From: an uncultured Mycoplasmatota bacterium
GTDB taxonomy: Bacteria; Bacillota_I; Bacilli_A; RF39; UBA660
Direction of reading: 5' to 3'
Assembly (NCBI GenBank): GCA_900553835.1
Contig: USFF01000004.1
Span: 1 to 59,383, forward strand
DNA length: 59,383 bases
The notes below the pieces were generated by a model, which ran no database searches, had not been told where the DNA came from, and was given only the letters and a program-made list of their open reading frames with translations. Both the position numbers and the translations under genes were made by a program. Positions 36,713 through 46,176 of the stretch are shown piece after piece. Positions within the stretch are counted from its first letter, which is position 1, and the number at the start of each line of letters is the position of its first letter.

Positions 36713-37762
36713 TTATTCACTATATATGAAAACATTTTTTAAGCTATTAAAGTTGAACTCATAATAGTGACTTATAAAGTTAATTTTGCCTTTATAAAAT
36801 GAATAAACATTATCTTTGTACATAAAGTAAATTTTGTTATTTATTACACTTAATACTCTTATGTTTTCCTTGCTTTCATTTATGAATTTATATTTTACTT
36901 TATCGTTATACTTATAAGTTAATATGTTATCTTCAACATTAATTATGTTCTTTTCCTCATTATTATAAGTCACTTTATTATCTATATAATCATTTATAGT
37001 TGTTCTTACTTTTTTACCACTTACGTATTTAAAGTAACTTTCATTACCTGTAACTGCTTTTTTTACTTTACTATTTTTTAAATCAATTTCATAAAGTACT
37101 TCATTTTTATTATCAAATAAGTATAATTTATTTTTATTTGTTCCTGGGTAGTATGAGTCATAACTAATACTATATTTAGTATTAACCTCTTCATAATTAC
37201 CATTTTGAATATTAAGAATTATTAATGAATTAAATGTATATTCATCATCATATTTTGGAAATACTATGTAATTATTTGCTTTAATCATTAAGTCATTTGA
37301 ATATCTATCTTTTTTTAAAATGTTTATACTTTTGTATTCACTTCCATTCATGTAATAAAAGCCATCATATTTCCAAATTAACATATATTCATTATTATTT
37401 AGACCATTATTATAAGTAAAGTCTTTTGTTTCTTTTATGTATTTAAAATTGTCTTTATTTACTAAATAATCTCCACTCGAGCAAACTGTATATAAGTCAT
37501 TTGGAGTTAGGCATGTTTTTCCATTATCTTCTTCAATATTAATTTTTTTTATATTTTTTTTGAATAGTTTCCTACTTTTATTTATTAAATAACTATATAC
37601 TACTCCCTCATATGTAACTTCATAATACATAACATTATTATCACTTATTTCTCTTACATCATAGTCATTAACTTTATATGTTATGTTGTAATCGCTTACA
37701 AAGTATTTTACGGTTATTATAATTAGTAGCACTCCTATAAAACTTAACATTATTTTTTTCAT
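36713..37762 (-). CDS. Membrane-anchored extracytoplasmic protein, possibly beta-propeller-like, function unknown
   Basis: 349 aa with an N-terminal TM anchor MLSFIGVLLIIITV. The remainder has repeated Y/N/K-rich beta-strand segments (..KIYFMYKDNVYSF..). Confidence 0.45.
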   Translation of the reverse strand: MKKIMLSFIGVLLIIITVKYFVSDYNITYKVNDYDVREISDNNVMYYEVTYEGVVYSYLINKSRKLFKKNIKKINIEEDNGKTCLTPNDLYTVCSSGDYLVNKDNFKYIKETKDFTYNNGLNNNEYMLIWKYDGFYYMNGSEYKSINILKKDRYSNDLMIKANNYIVFPKYDDEYTFNSLIILNIQNGNYEEVNTKYSISYDSYYPGTNKNKLYLFDNKNEVLYEIDLKNSKVKKAVTGNESYFKYVSGKKVRTTINDYIDNKVTYNNEEKNIINVEDNILTYKYNDKVKYKFINESKENIRVLSVINNKIYFMYKDNVYSFYKGKINFISHYYEFNFNSLKNVFIYSE

Positions 37763-37797
37763 TTGTTACTCCTATAAAAAAGGCTAATGCGCATGCA

Positions 37798-38259
37798 TTA
37801 ATCCTTTTTAGTATTTTCAATTACACCATTATCTTTTAAGAATGTTATTAAATCAGCTTCAGGCATTTCACCTTGTTTGTAGTCATTAATAAATTCACCA
37901 TTTTTTGTTATGAATATGTATGGTGTACCAAAACTATCATATAAATCATAAGTATATTCTAGTGTGTTTCTTGATTTTACGCTTAATTTGTCTAATTCAA
38001 ACCAGTATAATTTAAAGCCATATTCTTTTTGTGCTTTTTCCATTACAGGTTTAAAATTAATACAATGCGAACAAGTTGTTTGCGCTAAAACAGTAACTAC
38101 TGTTCCACCTTCTTTTGTAGTTGTATACCATTCAGTTACTAATTTGTCTGCTTCTTCCATATCATTTTTATCCTTTATTAATACTGATAATGCAACGAAT
38201 AAAGCTATTAGAGAAACTACTAAAATTAATACTTTGTTTTTTTCTATAAATTTCTTCAT
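37798..38259 (-). CDS. Membrane-anchored thioredoxin-fold thiol-disulfide oxidoreductase
   Basis: N-terminal TM helix, then VVTVLAQTTCSHCINFKP (CxxC) and the later GTPY (cis-Pro region); 153 aa. Confidence 0.75.
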   Translation of the reverse strand: MKKFIEKNKVLILVVSLIALFVALSVLIKDKNDMEEADKLVTEWYTTTKEGGTVVTVLAQTTCSHCINFKPVMEKAQKEYGFKLYWFELDKLSVKSRNTLEYTYDLYDSFGTPYIFITKNGEFINDYKQGEMPEADLITFLKDNGVIENTKKD

Positions 38260-38339
38260 GTTTTTACCTCCACTAACATAATTTTATAATAAATATTTAT
38301 AAAGTTCAAGTATTTTTAGTGAATTTCATTTTTCTATAG

Positions 38340-38844
38340 TTATTTTATATCAATTTTTGCATCTATTAAAAGGATTGGTGTAAAATTTGTTTTATCAACA
38401 CATACACATACGTGGTTACCATCTAAATATTCTTTACTTTCCGGTTTATCATGAATATGTCCATATATATTAAATTTATCAGTTGTTATTGGTTTGTGTG
38501 ACAAAATATATTTATCTATTTCAAATGATTTTTTATAAACTTTAATAAAGCCAAGTTCTTCGTAATATTTTTTACCTACTCTAAAATCGTGATTACCCAT
38601 TATTAAGTATTTTTTGCCATTCAATCTATTAAAAATACTTTTTGAGTTCTTCTTTAGTATCGAAGCCAAAATCTCCTAAATGGAATATAGTGTCTTCTTT
38701 TTTAACTACTTTATTCCAATTTTTAATTAAACTTTCATTCATTTTATTGGCATTTTCATATGGTCTTTTGCAGTATTTAATTATATTTTCGTGGTTAAAA
38801 TGAGTATCTGAAGTCACATAAATTTTCACTCTCAACGCCTCCAT
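38340..38844 (-). pseudogene. Metallophosphoesterase (calcineurin-like) split by a +1 frameshift in a 5-nt homopolymer
   Basis: ORF 38629..38844 carries VTSDTHFNHENI and HLGDFGF. ORF 38340..38669 carries LIMGNHDF and YGHIHD. Deleting one A from the A5 run at 38631-38635 gives the continuous reading ...EELKKYFNRLNGKKYLIMGNHD... Confidence 0.7.
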
Positions 38845-38934
38845 GTATAGTATAAGTTATTTTTTAGCTTTTTGGTCCTTTTTTACAGGACATTTTAATA
38901 TAGAAAAGATAATTAAAAAAGCAGAGATTTTCTG

Positions 38935-39348
38935 CTATTTTTTGTATATCCCTGTTTTAAATCTCCTGTATTCTAGAAATGTAATTATACCTAGACCTAG
39001 ATATATTACTGGTTTAACTATTATCGAACAAAGTGATGTGTTGTTTATAAACATTCTTGAAGCATCTTCATAACCCATTACATGAGGTAATATAAGTGAT
39101 ATTATATAGCTTGAAAATAGCCCAACTGAAATAGCTATTATATTTTTACTTATTCTGTGTCTTACTGAAGCGCGGTCATAGTTATAAGAAACAGTTAGCA
39201 TTAAAAACATAACAAAGAAGCTTAAGAATAGATAGATTATTCCTACATAATTTGATTCCATACTCATATAAATGTATATTTCATATATAGTAGCTAATAC
39301 GTATAATATAGATGCTACCCAGTAAAATATTTTAGCTGTTTTTGTCAT
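38935..39348 (-). CDS. Small integral membrane protein (4 TM), function unknown
   Basis: 137 aa with four clear hydrophobic segments. No motif recognised. Confidence 0.45.
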   Translation of the reverse strand: MTKTAKIFYWVASILYVLATIYEIYIYMSMESNYVGIIYLFLSFFVMFLMLTVSYNYDRASVRHRISKNIIAISVGLFSSYIISLILPHVMGYEDASRMFINNTSLCSIIVKPVIYLGLGIITFLEYRRFKTGIYKK

Positions 39349-39445
39349 AATTAATCACTCTTTAATTATATATCTTTTTAATTTAATTGTCCAATTTTTT
39401 TGTATAAAGTTTTTAAAAATGTGCATAATGTTAATGGTGAAGGTT

Positions 39446-39883
39446 ATGAATGAGAATAAAGAACTATTAATTTTAATTTTAGACAATACAAAAATGGGAG
39501 TTACTAGTTGTAAAGAACTTTTAAAATTAATTAAAGATAAGGATAATAAGATTAAGAAAGTTTTAGAAAGTGAACTTAAGGAATACGAAGGTTTTTATAA
39601 GGAATGTAAAAATCTTATGAGAAAGAATAAGGTTAAGAGTGAACACTCTAGTGCTCTTAAGAATTTAACTAGTACTTTAGCTATGAAAATGGAAGTTAAG
39701 AAAGATAATAGTGACTCTAAAATAGCTAGCATTTTAATTAGAGGCTTTAATATGGGAAATATTAGTATAGAAGCTAAAATTAAGAGTTATAAAAAGGAAG
39801 TTGGTAAAGATATTCTTGATTTAGCTAAAAATATTTTATCTTTTGGAGAAGGAGAAATAAAAAAATTAAAGGACTTTTTATAG
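39446..39883 (+). CDS. All-helical cytoplasmic protein, function unknown
   Basis: The start is placed at the ATG (MNENKELL) after GGTGAAGG. The protein is K/E-rich and predicted helical. No motif recognised. Confidence 0.45.
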   Translation: MNENKELLILILDNTKMGVTSCKELLKLIKDKDNKIKKVLESELKEYEGFYKECKNLMRKNKVKSEHSSALKNLTSTLAMKMEVKKDNSDSKIASILIRGFNMGNISIEAKIKSYKKEVGKDILDLAKNILSFGEGEIKKLKDFL

Positions 39884-39896
39884 TTCCTTTAGTTTT

Positions 39897-42470
39897 TTAT
39901 ACTCCTATGTTTTTACCAAGTTTTTTTAGTATTGTTTTTCTTAAAAAGTCAAAAGGGATAACAGTAAGCGCTAAAAGTATGGTTAGGTTAAGTTCTATAA
40001 ATGATAAACCTGTTGTTCTAAATATACTACCTCCAAAGTAGATCATTAGTAGCTGAACTATAAGAACAAAGCTTATTATAGCTAGAAATACTTTATTTTT
40101 TCTTAAGTTAGCAAATATGTTTAGTCTATGACTTCTTGCATTAAAAGCATTAAATATTGTCATAAATATGAATAGTCCAAAGAATGCTGTCATAACATAT
40201 TTGTCATTTTCTCCCACCCTGTAAAGGCTGTGCAAGAAGTCACTTTTTAAAAATATCATGCAAAGTGAGCTCATATAAAGTCCTGTTACAAGTATTTCAT
40301 TTATCATGTATGAATTCATTATTTTTTCATCACGTTTTTTAGGATTTTCTTCCATATAACTTTCAAGAGGAGGTTCACATGCATATGCTACTCCTGCTAG
40401 TGTATCCATAACCATATTTATCCAAAGCATTTGCACTACTGTTACTGGTGCTATGATTCCAAAAAGCGGACCTATTACTGATAAACTTACTGCTGTTATG
40501 TTAACGGTTAACTGAAATATTATAAATTTTCTAATACTTTTGAAAAGAGTTCTTCCAAAAAGAATTGTTTTTACTATACCTAGAAAGTTATCATCTAATA
40601 TTATTATGTCACTTACTTCTTTTGCAACTTCTGTTCCACTTCCCATGGCAAAACCTACATCTGCACGTTTTAGTGCTGGAGCATCATTTACTCCGTCCCC
40701 AGTCATACCTGTTACTAAACCTAGTTCTTGACTTAGTAATACTAGTCTTTTTTTGTCTTCTGGCAAACTTCTTGCAACTACTCTTAATTTAGGCAATATA
40801 TTTTTAACTTCTATGTCATTCATTTTACTTAATTCTTCACTTGTTATTATTAAATCTTCTTCTGTTTCTACAAGTTTAATTTCTCTAGCTATGCTTTCTG
40901 CAGTTAGTTTGTTATCTCCAGTTATCATTACTGTTTGTATACCTGCTTTTTTTACATCGGCTATTGCTTTTGGTATTTCTGGTCTTACTTCATCTTTAAT
41001 AAGAATAAAACCAATAAATGTTAAACCATCAAAATCTTTACCACATGCACAGGCAAGAACTCTGTAACCATTTTTTGTGTATTTATTTCCTTCATCAATT
41101 AGAGATTTTTTATCTTTTAAAATTCCTTTGACTCCATTATCTTTATAGTAGAATTTACATTTGTTCGATATTAGTTCATAAGCACCTTTATAAAATGTTA
41201 GCTCTCCATTATAGTTTAAAGTAACTGTACTATATTTGAGTTTACTATTAAATTCAGTTTTTCTTATTATTTTATATTTGTCTCTTGATTCTTCGCCAAT
41301 AAATTTTAGTATTGCACGATCTGTAGTGTTACCACCTATGATATCTTTAGATGAGTAGCTAGAGTCATTGTTATAGTTTAGACTTAAGGATATAATTTCT
41401 TTTAAACTTATTGGTATGTCATTATATTTTTTATATTGTGTTCCACTATATGTAGTAAAGTTTACCATTTCTAGTTTTCCCTTAGTTAGTGTACCGGTTT
41501 TATCTGTAAATAATATATTTAAACTTCCTGAACTTTCTATACCTACTAATTTTCTTACTAGTACATTTTCTTTAACAAGTCTTTTCATGTTACTTGATAA
41601 TACAAGTGTAATCATCATTGGTAATCCTTCTGGAACAGCTACGACTATTATTGTTATACCAAGTGTTAAACTATAGAGTAGATGTGGGAGTATTATATCA
41701 AGATTTGTAACTGTACTTATTATTTTATCTAAGTTAAAGTTGTTTTTTATTACAATAGCACTAAATAAGTAAGATATTATTACTAAACCTGCACATATGT
41801 ATCCTATTTTACTTATTAGTCCTGCTAGTACTCTTAATCTGTTTTTTAATGGACTATCAGGCGTTTTTTCTTGAATGTCTTTAGCTATTTTACCATAGTA
41901 TGTATTGTTTCCAACGCTTTTTACAAGCATTATACCTCTTCCATGTAATACTATACTACCACGATAAACCTTTTTATTTATATCTTTATATTGTTCTTTT
42001 GTTTCTCCTGTTAACATACTTTCATCTATGTATACACTTTCTTTGTATATTATTCCATCTGCTGGGACTTTATCTCCGCTTTCTAAATAAATGTAATCTC
42101 CTACAACTATGTCATTTAAAGGTACTTCTATTAGTTTTTTATTTCTTATTACTTTTACTAGTAAGTTTGACGTAGTACTGCTTAGTTTTTGAAATGCTTT
42201 TTCACTTCCATATTCACTCATACTACTTATAACTGTTGCAAGGATAATGGCTACAATTATACCAATTGTTTCATAAATGTCACTGTCATTTAGAAAAAAT
42301 AATATTTTTACTGCTAGTGCTATTAATAGTATTTTTATTATTGGGTCATTAAGTGACTCCAAAATTAAACTAAATATTGTTCTTTTTTTTCCTTCAGTTA
42401 TTTCATTTGTGCCATTTTTATTTCTTGATAGTGTTACTTCATTATTATTAAGTCCAGTTATATTAAACAT
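39897..42470 (-). CDS. Calcium-translocating P-type ATPase (type II, PMCA/SERCA-like)
   Basis: FTDKTGTLTKG, TM4 VAVPEGLPMMITL, TGDNKLTAESIA, TGDGVNDAPALKRADVG and TM6 NMVMDTLAGVAYACEPP; 857 aa. Confidence 0.85.
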   Translation of the reverse strand: MFNITGLNNNEVTLSRNKNGTNEITEGKKRTIFSLILESLNDPIIKILLIALAVKILFFLNDSDIYETIGIIVAIILATVISSMSEYGSEKAFQKLSSTTSNLLVKVIRNKKLIEVPLNDIVVGDYIYLESGDKVPADGIIYKESVYIDESMLTGETKEQYKDINKKVYRGSIVLHGRGIMLVKSVGNNTYYGKIAKDIQEKTPDSPLKNRLRVLAGLISKIGYICAGLVIISYLFSAIVIKNNFNLDKIISTVTNLDIILPHLLYSLTLGITIIVVAVPEGLPMMITLVLSSNMKRLVKENVLVRKLVGIESSGSLNILFTDKTGTLTKGKLEMVNFTTYSGTQYKKYNDIPISLKEIISLSLNYNNDSSYSSKDIIGGNTTDRAILKFIGEESRDKYKIIRKTEFNSKLKYSTVTLNYNGELTFYKGAYELISNKCKFYYKDNGVKGILKDKKSLIDEGNKYTKNGYRVLACACGKDFDGLTFIGFILIKDEVRPEIPKAIADVKKAGIQTVMITGDNKLTAESIAREIKLVETEEDLIITSEELSKMNDIEVKNILPKLRVVARSLPEDKKRLVLLSQELGLVTGMTGDGVNDAPALKRADVGFAMGSGTEVAKEVSDIIILDDNFLGIVKTILFGRTLFKSIRKFIIFQLTVNITAVSLSVIGPLFGIIAPVTVVQMLWINMVMDTLAGVAYACEPPLESYMEENPKKRDEKIMNSYMINEILVTGLYMSSLCMIFLKSDFLHSLYRVGENDKYVMTAFFGLFIFMTIFNAFNARSHRLNIFANLRKNKVFLAIISFVLIVQLLMIYFGGSIFRTTGLSFIELNLTILLALTVIPFDFLRKTILKKLGKNIGV

Positions 42471-42548
42471 TTATTTTCACCAGTTAATTATATTAACCTT
42501 TAGTTTTATTTAGAACTTTTGCAATTATTAAATAAACAGAAGCAATTA

Positions 42549-43139
42549 TTAATTTTGCTTCTGTTTGTTTTCTTTTTTATTGTTTATTATAGTTACTACT
42601 ATTACTATAGTAAGACCTATTACTAGTGCAAAGACTATAGATAGTATTAATGTATAATTTCTATAATATTTTGTTAATACTTCTTTAACTGTATCAACTT
42701 TGTTTCCACCTAGATAGGCTTCCGTAAATGATTTTACTATGTTATCGTTTACAGTGTCATTATATGTTACAAAGTAAGTTGAGCCTATGAGTATAAAAGG
42801 TGCTCCGTTATGTTCTCCTCCTAGATAGTCAAAAGTGTTTTCTAGTAATTTCATATTGTCTTCATTTTGACTTACTTCATATATTCTTACTTTGAAAAAC
42901 ATACCATATCTATCATATATACTATTTAAGTAATTTAAGAAATTTCTACTTTTTGTTTCTCCTTGAATTCTAAAGAAATATATTGTTACTTGTTCTTTAC
43001 TTTCTTTGTAATTTATTTTTGTTTCAATGTTTTCTTTTTCAAGTGCTTCTATTAATGTTTCACTTTTTATTTCAGCATTCATTTTTACTGGAATTAAAAG
43101 TAGTAAACTTATTAAAATACTACATACTAATTTCTTCAT
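42549..43139 (-). CDS. Secreted protein with a C-terminal membrane anchor, possibly a thioredoxin-like fold without CxxC, function unknown
   Basis: 196 aa with a signal peptide, the core VTIYFFRIQGETKSRNF...GAPFILIGSTYF, then a C-terminal TM segment and a KKENKQKQN tail. Confidence 0.4.
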   Translation of the reverse strand: MKKLVCSILISLLLLIPVKMNAEIKSETLIEALEKENIETKINYKESKEQVTIYFFRIQGETKSRNFLNYLNSIYDRYGMFFKVRIYEVSQNEDNMKLLENTFDYLGGEHNGAPFILIGSTYFVTYNDTVNDNIVKSFTEAYLGGNKVDTVKEVLTKYYRNYTLILSIVFALVIGLTIVIVVTIINNKKENKQKQN

Positions 43140-44271
43140 TTGTAAAACCTCCCATTATTAGCATTATTTGGTTTATAAGTTCTTCCATGCCTTCTGCATT
43201 TCCTATTTTTTCTATGAAATAGTTTATGTCTTCTTCATTTATTTCACTTAGTTTTTTAGCAGAACTTGTATCTATTTTAACCTCTTCGTATTTGTTTTCT
43301 ATTTCTTCAATTGTTATGTTTAGTAAAATGCCGTTTTCATCATCTTGCACGATTAATTTGTTTTTGCCCTTTTCTTTTTCAAGTGCAAGTTTAACTATGC
43401 ATTTTTCACTATTAAATATGTCTATGTATAGATTTTCATCATCTATAGTTATATCAACGTTTTTTTCTCCATCTATAATAGTAATTTTATTTAGTTCATA
43501 TTTAAGTTTATTTAATTTATATTTAACTATAATTTTTTCTGGTTTAAAATTCTCTTCATTTATTATATCTTCATATTTTAAGTTGTTTTTTTCAAGGTAT
43601 TCTTTAAATCCTATTTTTTCTAATTCTTTTTCTAGCTTTTCATAAAAGTTTTTATCTAAATTAATCGTTAATGATAATCCTTCTTTATTTATTTTTCTTT
43701 TAAGATTATCATTATCTATAGTATTTTTAATTGTTTCTATTACTTTATCAAGCCACTTTGCATCTTCACTATTTGAGTCTAGATAAGGAAGTAAATCTTT
43801 GATGTTATTTTTGTACTCTGTAAGTCCTTTATTATTTTCATTTTCATCAGTTTTGTCTATTAGTAATAGTTTATCAAATATTTTAATATATATTTCATCG
43901 TTATAGTAGTAACTATTTAAACTCATTATGTCCTTTTGGTTATATTTTAAATATACACTTTCTTCTAAGTTATCTTTTAAGTTGCTATTGGTTACAAATG
44001 TGTAATCAAATTTGTTTATTATGTTAAAAAAAGGCTGGATGCTTTTGTCATCTGAATATAAATTAAATGATAGATTAAATTTGAATGTGTATTTATCTCT
44101 AATTTTACTAGTTTTGTATTCTAAACTTTTTATTGTTTCACTTAATATTACTTTAGGTGTTAGACTGTAGTAAACCATTCCTATTATAGCTAATACAAAA
44201 AATAGCAATACTCCTATTACAATATATTTTACTTTGCTTTCTTTATCATTAAAAAACTTTTCTTCTTCCAT
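43120..44271 (-). CDS. Membrane-anchored extracytoplasmic protein, function unknown
   Basis: 383 aa with an N-terminal TM segment (IVIGVLLFFVLAIIGMVYY). The remainder is K/E/N-rich. Its 3' end overlaps the next gene by 20 nt. Confidence 0.4.
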   Translation of the reverse strand: MEEEKFFNDKESKVKYIVIGVLLFFVLAIIGMVYYSLTPKVILSETIKSLEYKTSKIRDKYTFKFNLSFNLYSDDKSIQPFFNIINKFDYTFVTNSNLKDNLEESVYLKYNQKDIMSLNSYYYNDEIYIKIFDKLLLIDKTDENENNKGLTEYKNNIKDLLPYLDSNSEDAKWLDKVIETIKNTIDNDNLKRKINKEGLSLTINLDKNFYEKLEKELEKIGFKEYLEKNNLKYEDIINEENFKPEKIIVKYKLNKLKYELNKITIIDGEKNVDITIDDENLYIDIFNSEKCIVKLALEKEKGKNKLIVQDDENGILLNITIEEIENKYEEVKIDTSSAKKLSEINEEDINYFIEKIGNAEGMEELINQIMLIMGGFTNEEISM

Positions 44272-44341
44272 AACTTTCTACTCCTAAATATATTTTAACA
44301 GATTTAAATAAAAATGTACATATAAAAATGTTGATAAGTTT

Positions 44342-46138
44342 TTAGTTATCAACATTTGTTTTTCTAGCTACTGTTATAGTTATGTTTTTGTCTGCTCCTT
44401 CTAGAAGGGCTCCTTCTTTTAAGTTTTGATTAATTATTTGGCCATCATTATATGCTTCATTTTCTGTTAAGCTTTCTTTAACTGTAAGAGTAAAGCCATT
44501 AGCTGAAGCCCATGATTTTGCTTCTTCTAAAGTGTAAGAACTTAAGTTAGGCATTAGTTTTACTCTGGGTTCATCTCTATAATATGTTTTACCTATTATT
44601 TTCTTTTCATATGGATTATTAAAATCAAAGCTGAATGTTTTTATTTCTTCTTTTTCTAATAGTCCTAAATTTATTTTCATTGCTTTTACTATTTCAGCAA
44701 GACTTTGTTTGTAGTACTGGAATGTATATGATTTTGAGTTTCCAACTGTTATGTACTGGTCATATCCAGTTAGGAATGTTTTTGTTATGTTTAAGTTTAC
44801 ATCTCCATTTTTTAGAAGCATGTTTTTACCTATGTTATAGAATGATAGCATTTCTTCAGTTGTCATATTTGTGTCCATGTTTTTACCAATTGTATCTAGT
44901 ATTTTATAGAAGTCTTCAACTTTTCTTACATTTTTTAAACTTCCTATCATTCCTTCTACTACTAGTTGTTGGTTTTGACCTCTTTGGAAATCTCCAAGTG
45001 GAAGTGTTTTTCTGTGTCTTGCTAGTGCAAGTGCCTCTTCTCCATCTAATTTTTGCACACCTGTGTCTAAACAGATTGTTTTGTCTCCCCATTCTCTGTC
45101 TGAATTTTGTTCACAGAATTTAACTGGTACATCTACTGTTATTCCACCAAGTATGTTTACAAGATCAACTACACCTTTAAAATTAATTTTAGCATAGTAA
45201 TCAATATTAATTCCTGTTAGTTTTTCTACAGTTTTTACCATGCAACTAGTTCCTCCCCATGATGCATGATTTATTTTTGTTATTCTACCACCACATGCCA
45301 TTGTAACATATGTATCTCTTGGTATACTAAACATTGTTGCGTTTAGTGTTTCTGGGTCAAAAGTAATCATCATTATAGTGTCTCCATTAAATGAACTACT
45401 TTTTCTTATGTCATCTTTTTCACTATCTATACCGAGTAATAGCATTGTGAATGGTTTAGTTATTTTTTTACCACTTACATTTCCTAAAGTGTTATCTTTC
45501 TTTTTGTAACTTTTTTTAAGAGATGTTATTTCGTATATAACAGTGTTATTTTCATAACCAGATACACTTCTTAACATTTGATCATAATTATCACTTATAA
45601 ATATTAAATCTACTTCATTATTGATGAGAGCTGTCATTAATGTAATATTATCTTGATATGATATTATTTCATTATCTTTATCTAAATTTTCTTTTTCTAT
45701 TATTTCTTTTGGAAGTATGTATCCTGTTATATCTTCTTCTATACTTAGAAGTCCTATTTTTTTATTTTTTATATCATTAAGTTTTAGATCGCTCATTGAA
45801 ATTAGTTTTGTAGTATAAGTTATTTCATCTTTATTTAAGTTACCTAATCCTAGGTAAACTCTATAGACATAATAAGATGCTACTACTAATATTATGGAAA
45901 GTATTATACTTAGAATAGTACTTATTATAAATTTTTTCTTTTTTAATTTTTTTATACTTTCTATAACTGAGTATACAAGTGTTATGCTAAAAAGTAAAAG
46001 CAATATTGAAAGCATTATTCTATAAAAAGTTTCTATATTAGCTAGTAAATATAAGTTATAGATCATAAAACCTGATGATATTATAAGTAACGATACAATT
46101 ATACAGCCCAAAATTTTATATATTAGTTCTTTCTTCAT
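44342..46138 (-). CDS. LytR-CpsA-Psr (LCP) family glycopolymer ligase with a C-terminal PASTA domain
   Basis: N-terminal TM segments, then the LCP core FTMLLLGIDS...GDTIMMITFDPETLNATMFSIPRDTYV...ALALARHRK. The C-terminus VKLMPNLSSYTLEEAKSWASANGFTLTVKE...GQIINQNLKEGALLEGADKNITITVARK fits the PASTA pattern. Confidence 0.8.
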   Translation of the reverse strand: MKKELIYKILGCIIVSLLIISSGFMIYNLYLLANIETFYRIMLSILLLLFSITLVYSVIESIKKLKKKKFIISTILSIILSIILVVASYYVYRVYLGLGNLNKDEITYTTKLISMSDLKLNDIKNKKIGLLSIEEDITGYILPKEIIEKENLDKDNEIISYQDNITLMTALINNEVDLIFISDNYDQMLRSVSGYENNTVIYEITSLKKSYKKKDNTLGNVSGKKITKPFTMLLLGIDSEKDDIRKSSSFNGDTIMMITFDPETLNATMFSIPRDTYVTMACGGRITKINHASWGGTSCMVKTVEKLTGINIDYYAKINFKGVVDLVNILGGITVDVPVKFCEQNSDREWGDKTICLDTGVQKLDGEEALALARHRKTLPLGDFQRGQNQQLVVEGMIGSLKNVRKVEDFYKILDTIGKNMDTNMTTEEMLSFYNIGKNMLLKNGDVNLNITKTFLTGYDQYITVGNSKSYTFQYYKQSLAEIVKAMKINLGLLEKEEIKTFSFDFNNPYEKKIIGKTYYRDEPRVKLMPNLSSYTLEEAKSWASANGFTLTVKESLTENEAYNDGQIINQNLKEGALLEGADKNITITVARKTNVDN

Positions 46139-46176
46139 AATTATTCTCCCTTTGAGTCTAATAAATTATAACTCAT

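Noticed and set aside
38843-39073. 76 aa plus-strand ORF between the phosphoesterase remnant and the 137 aa membrane protein.
   Set aside because: Most of it is antisense to 38935..39348, which has four clean TM segments, and it has no RBS.
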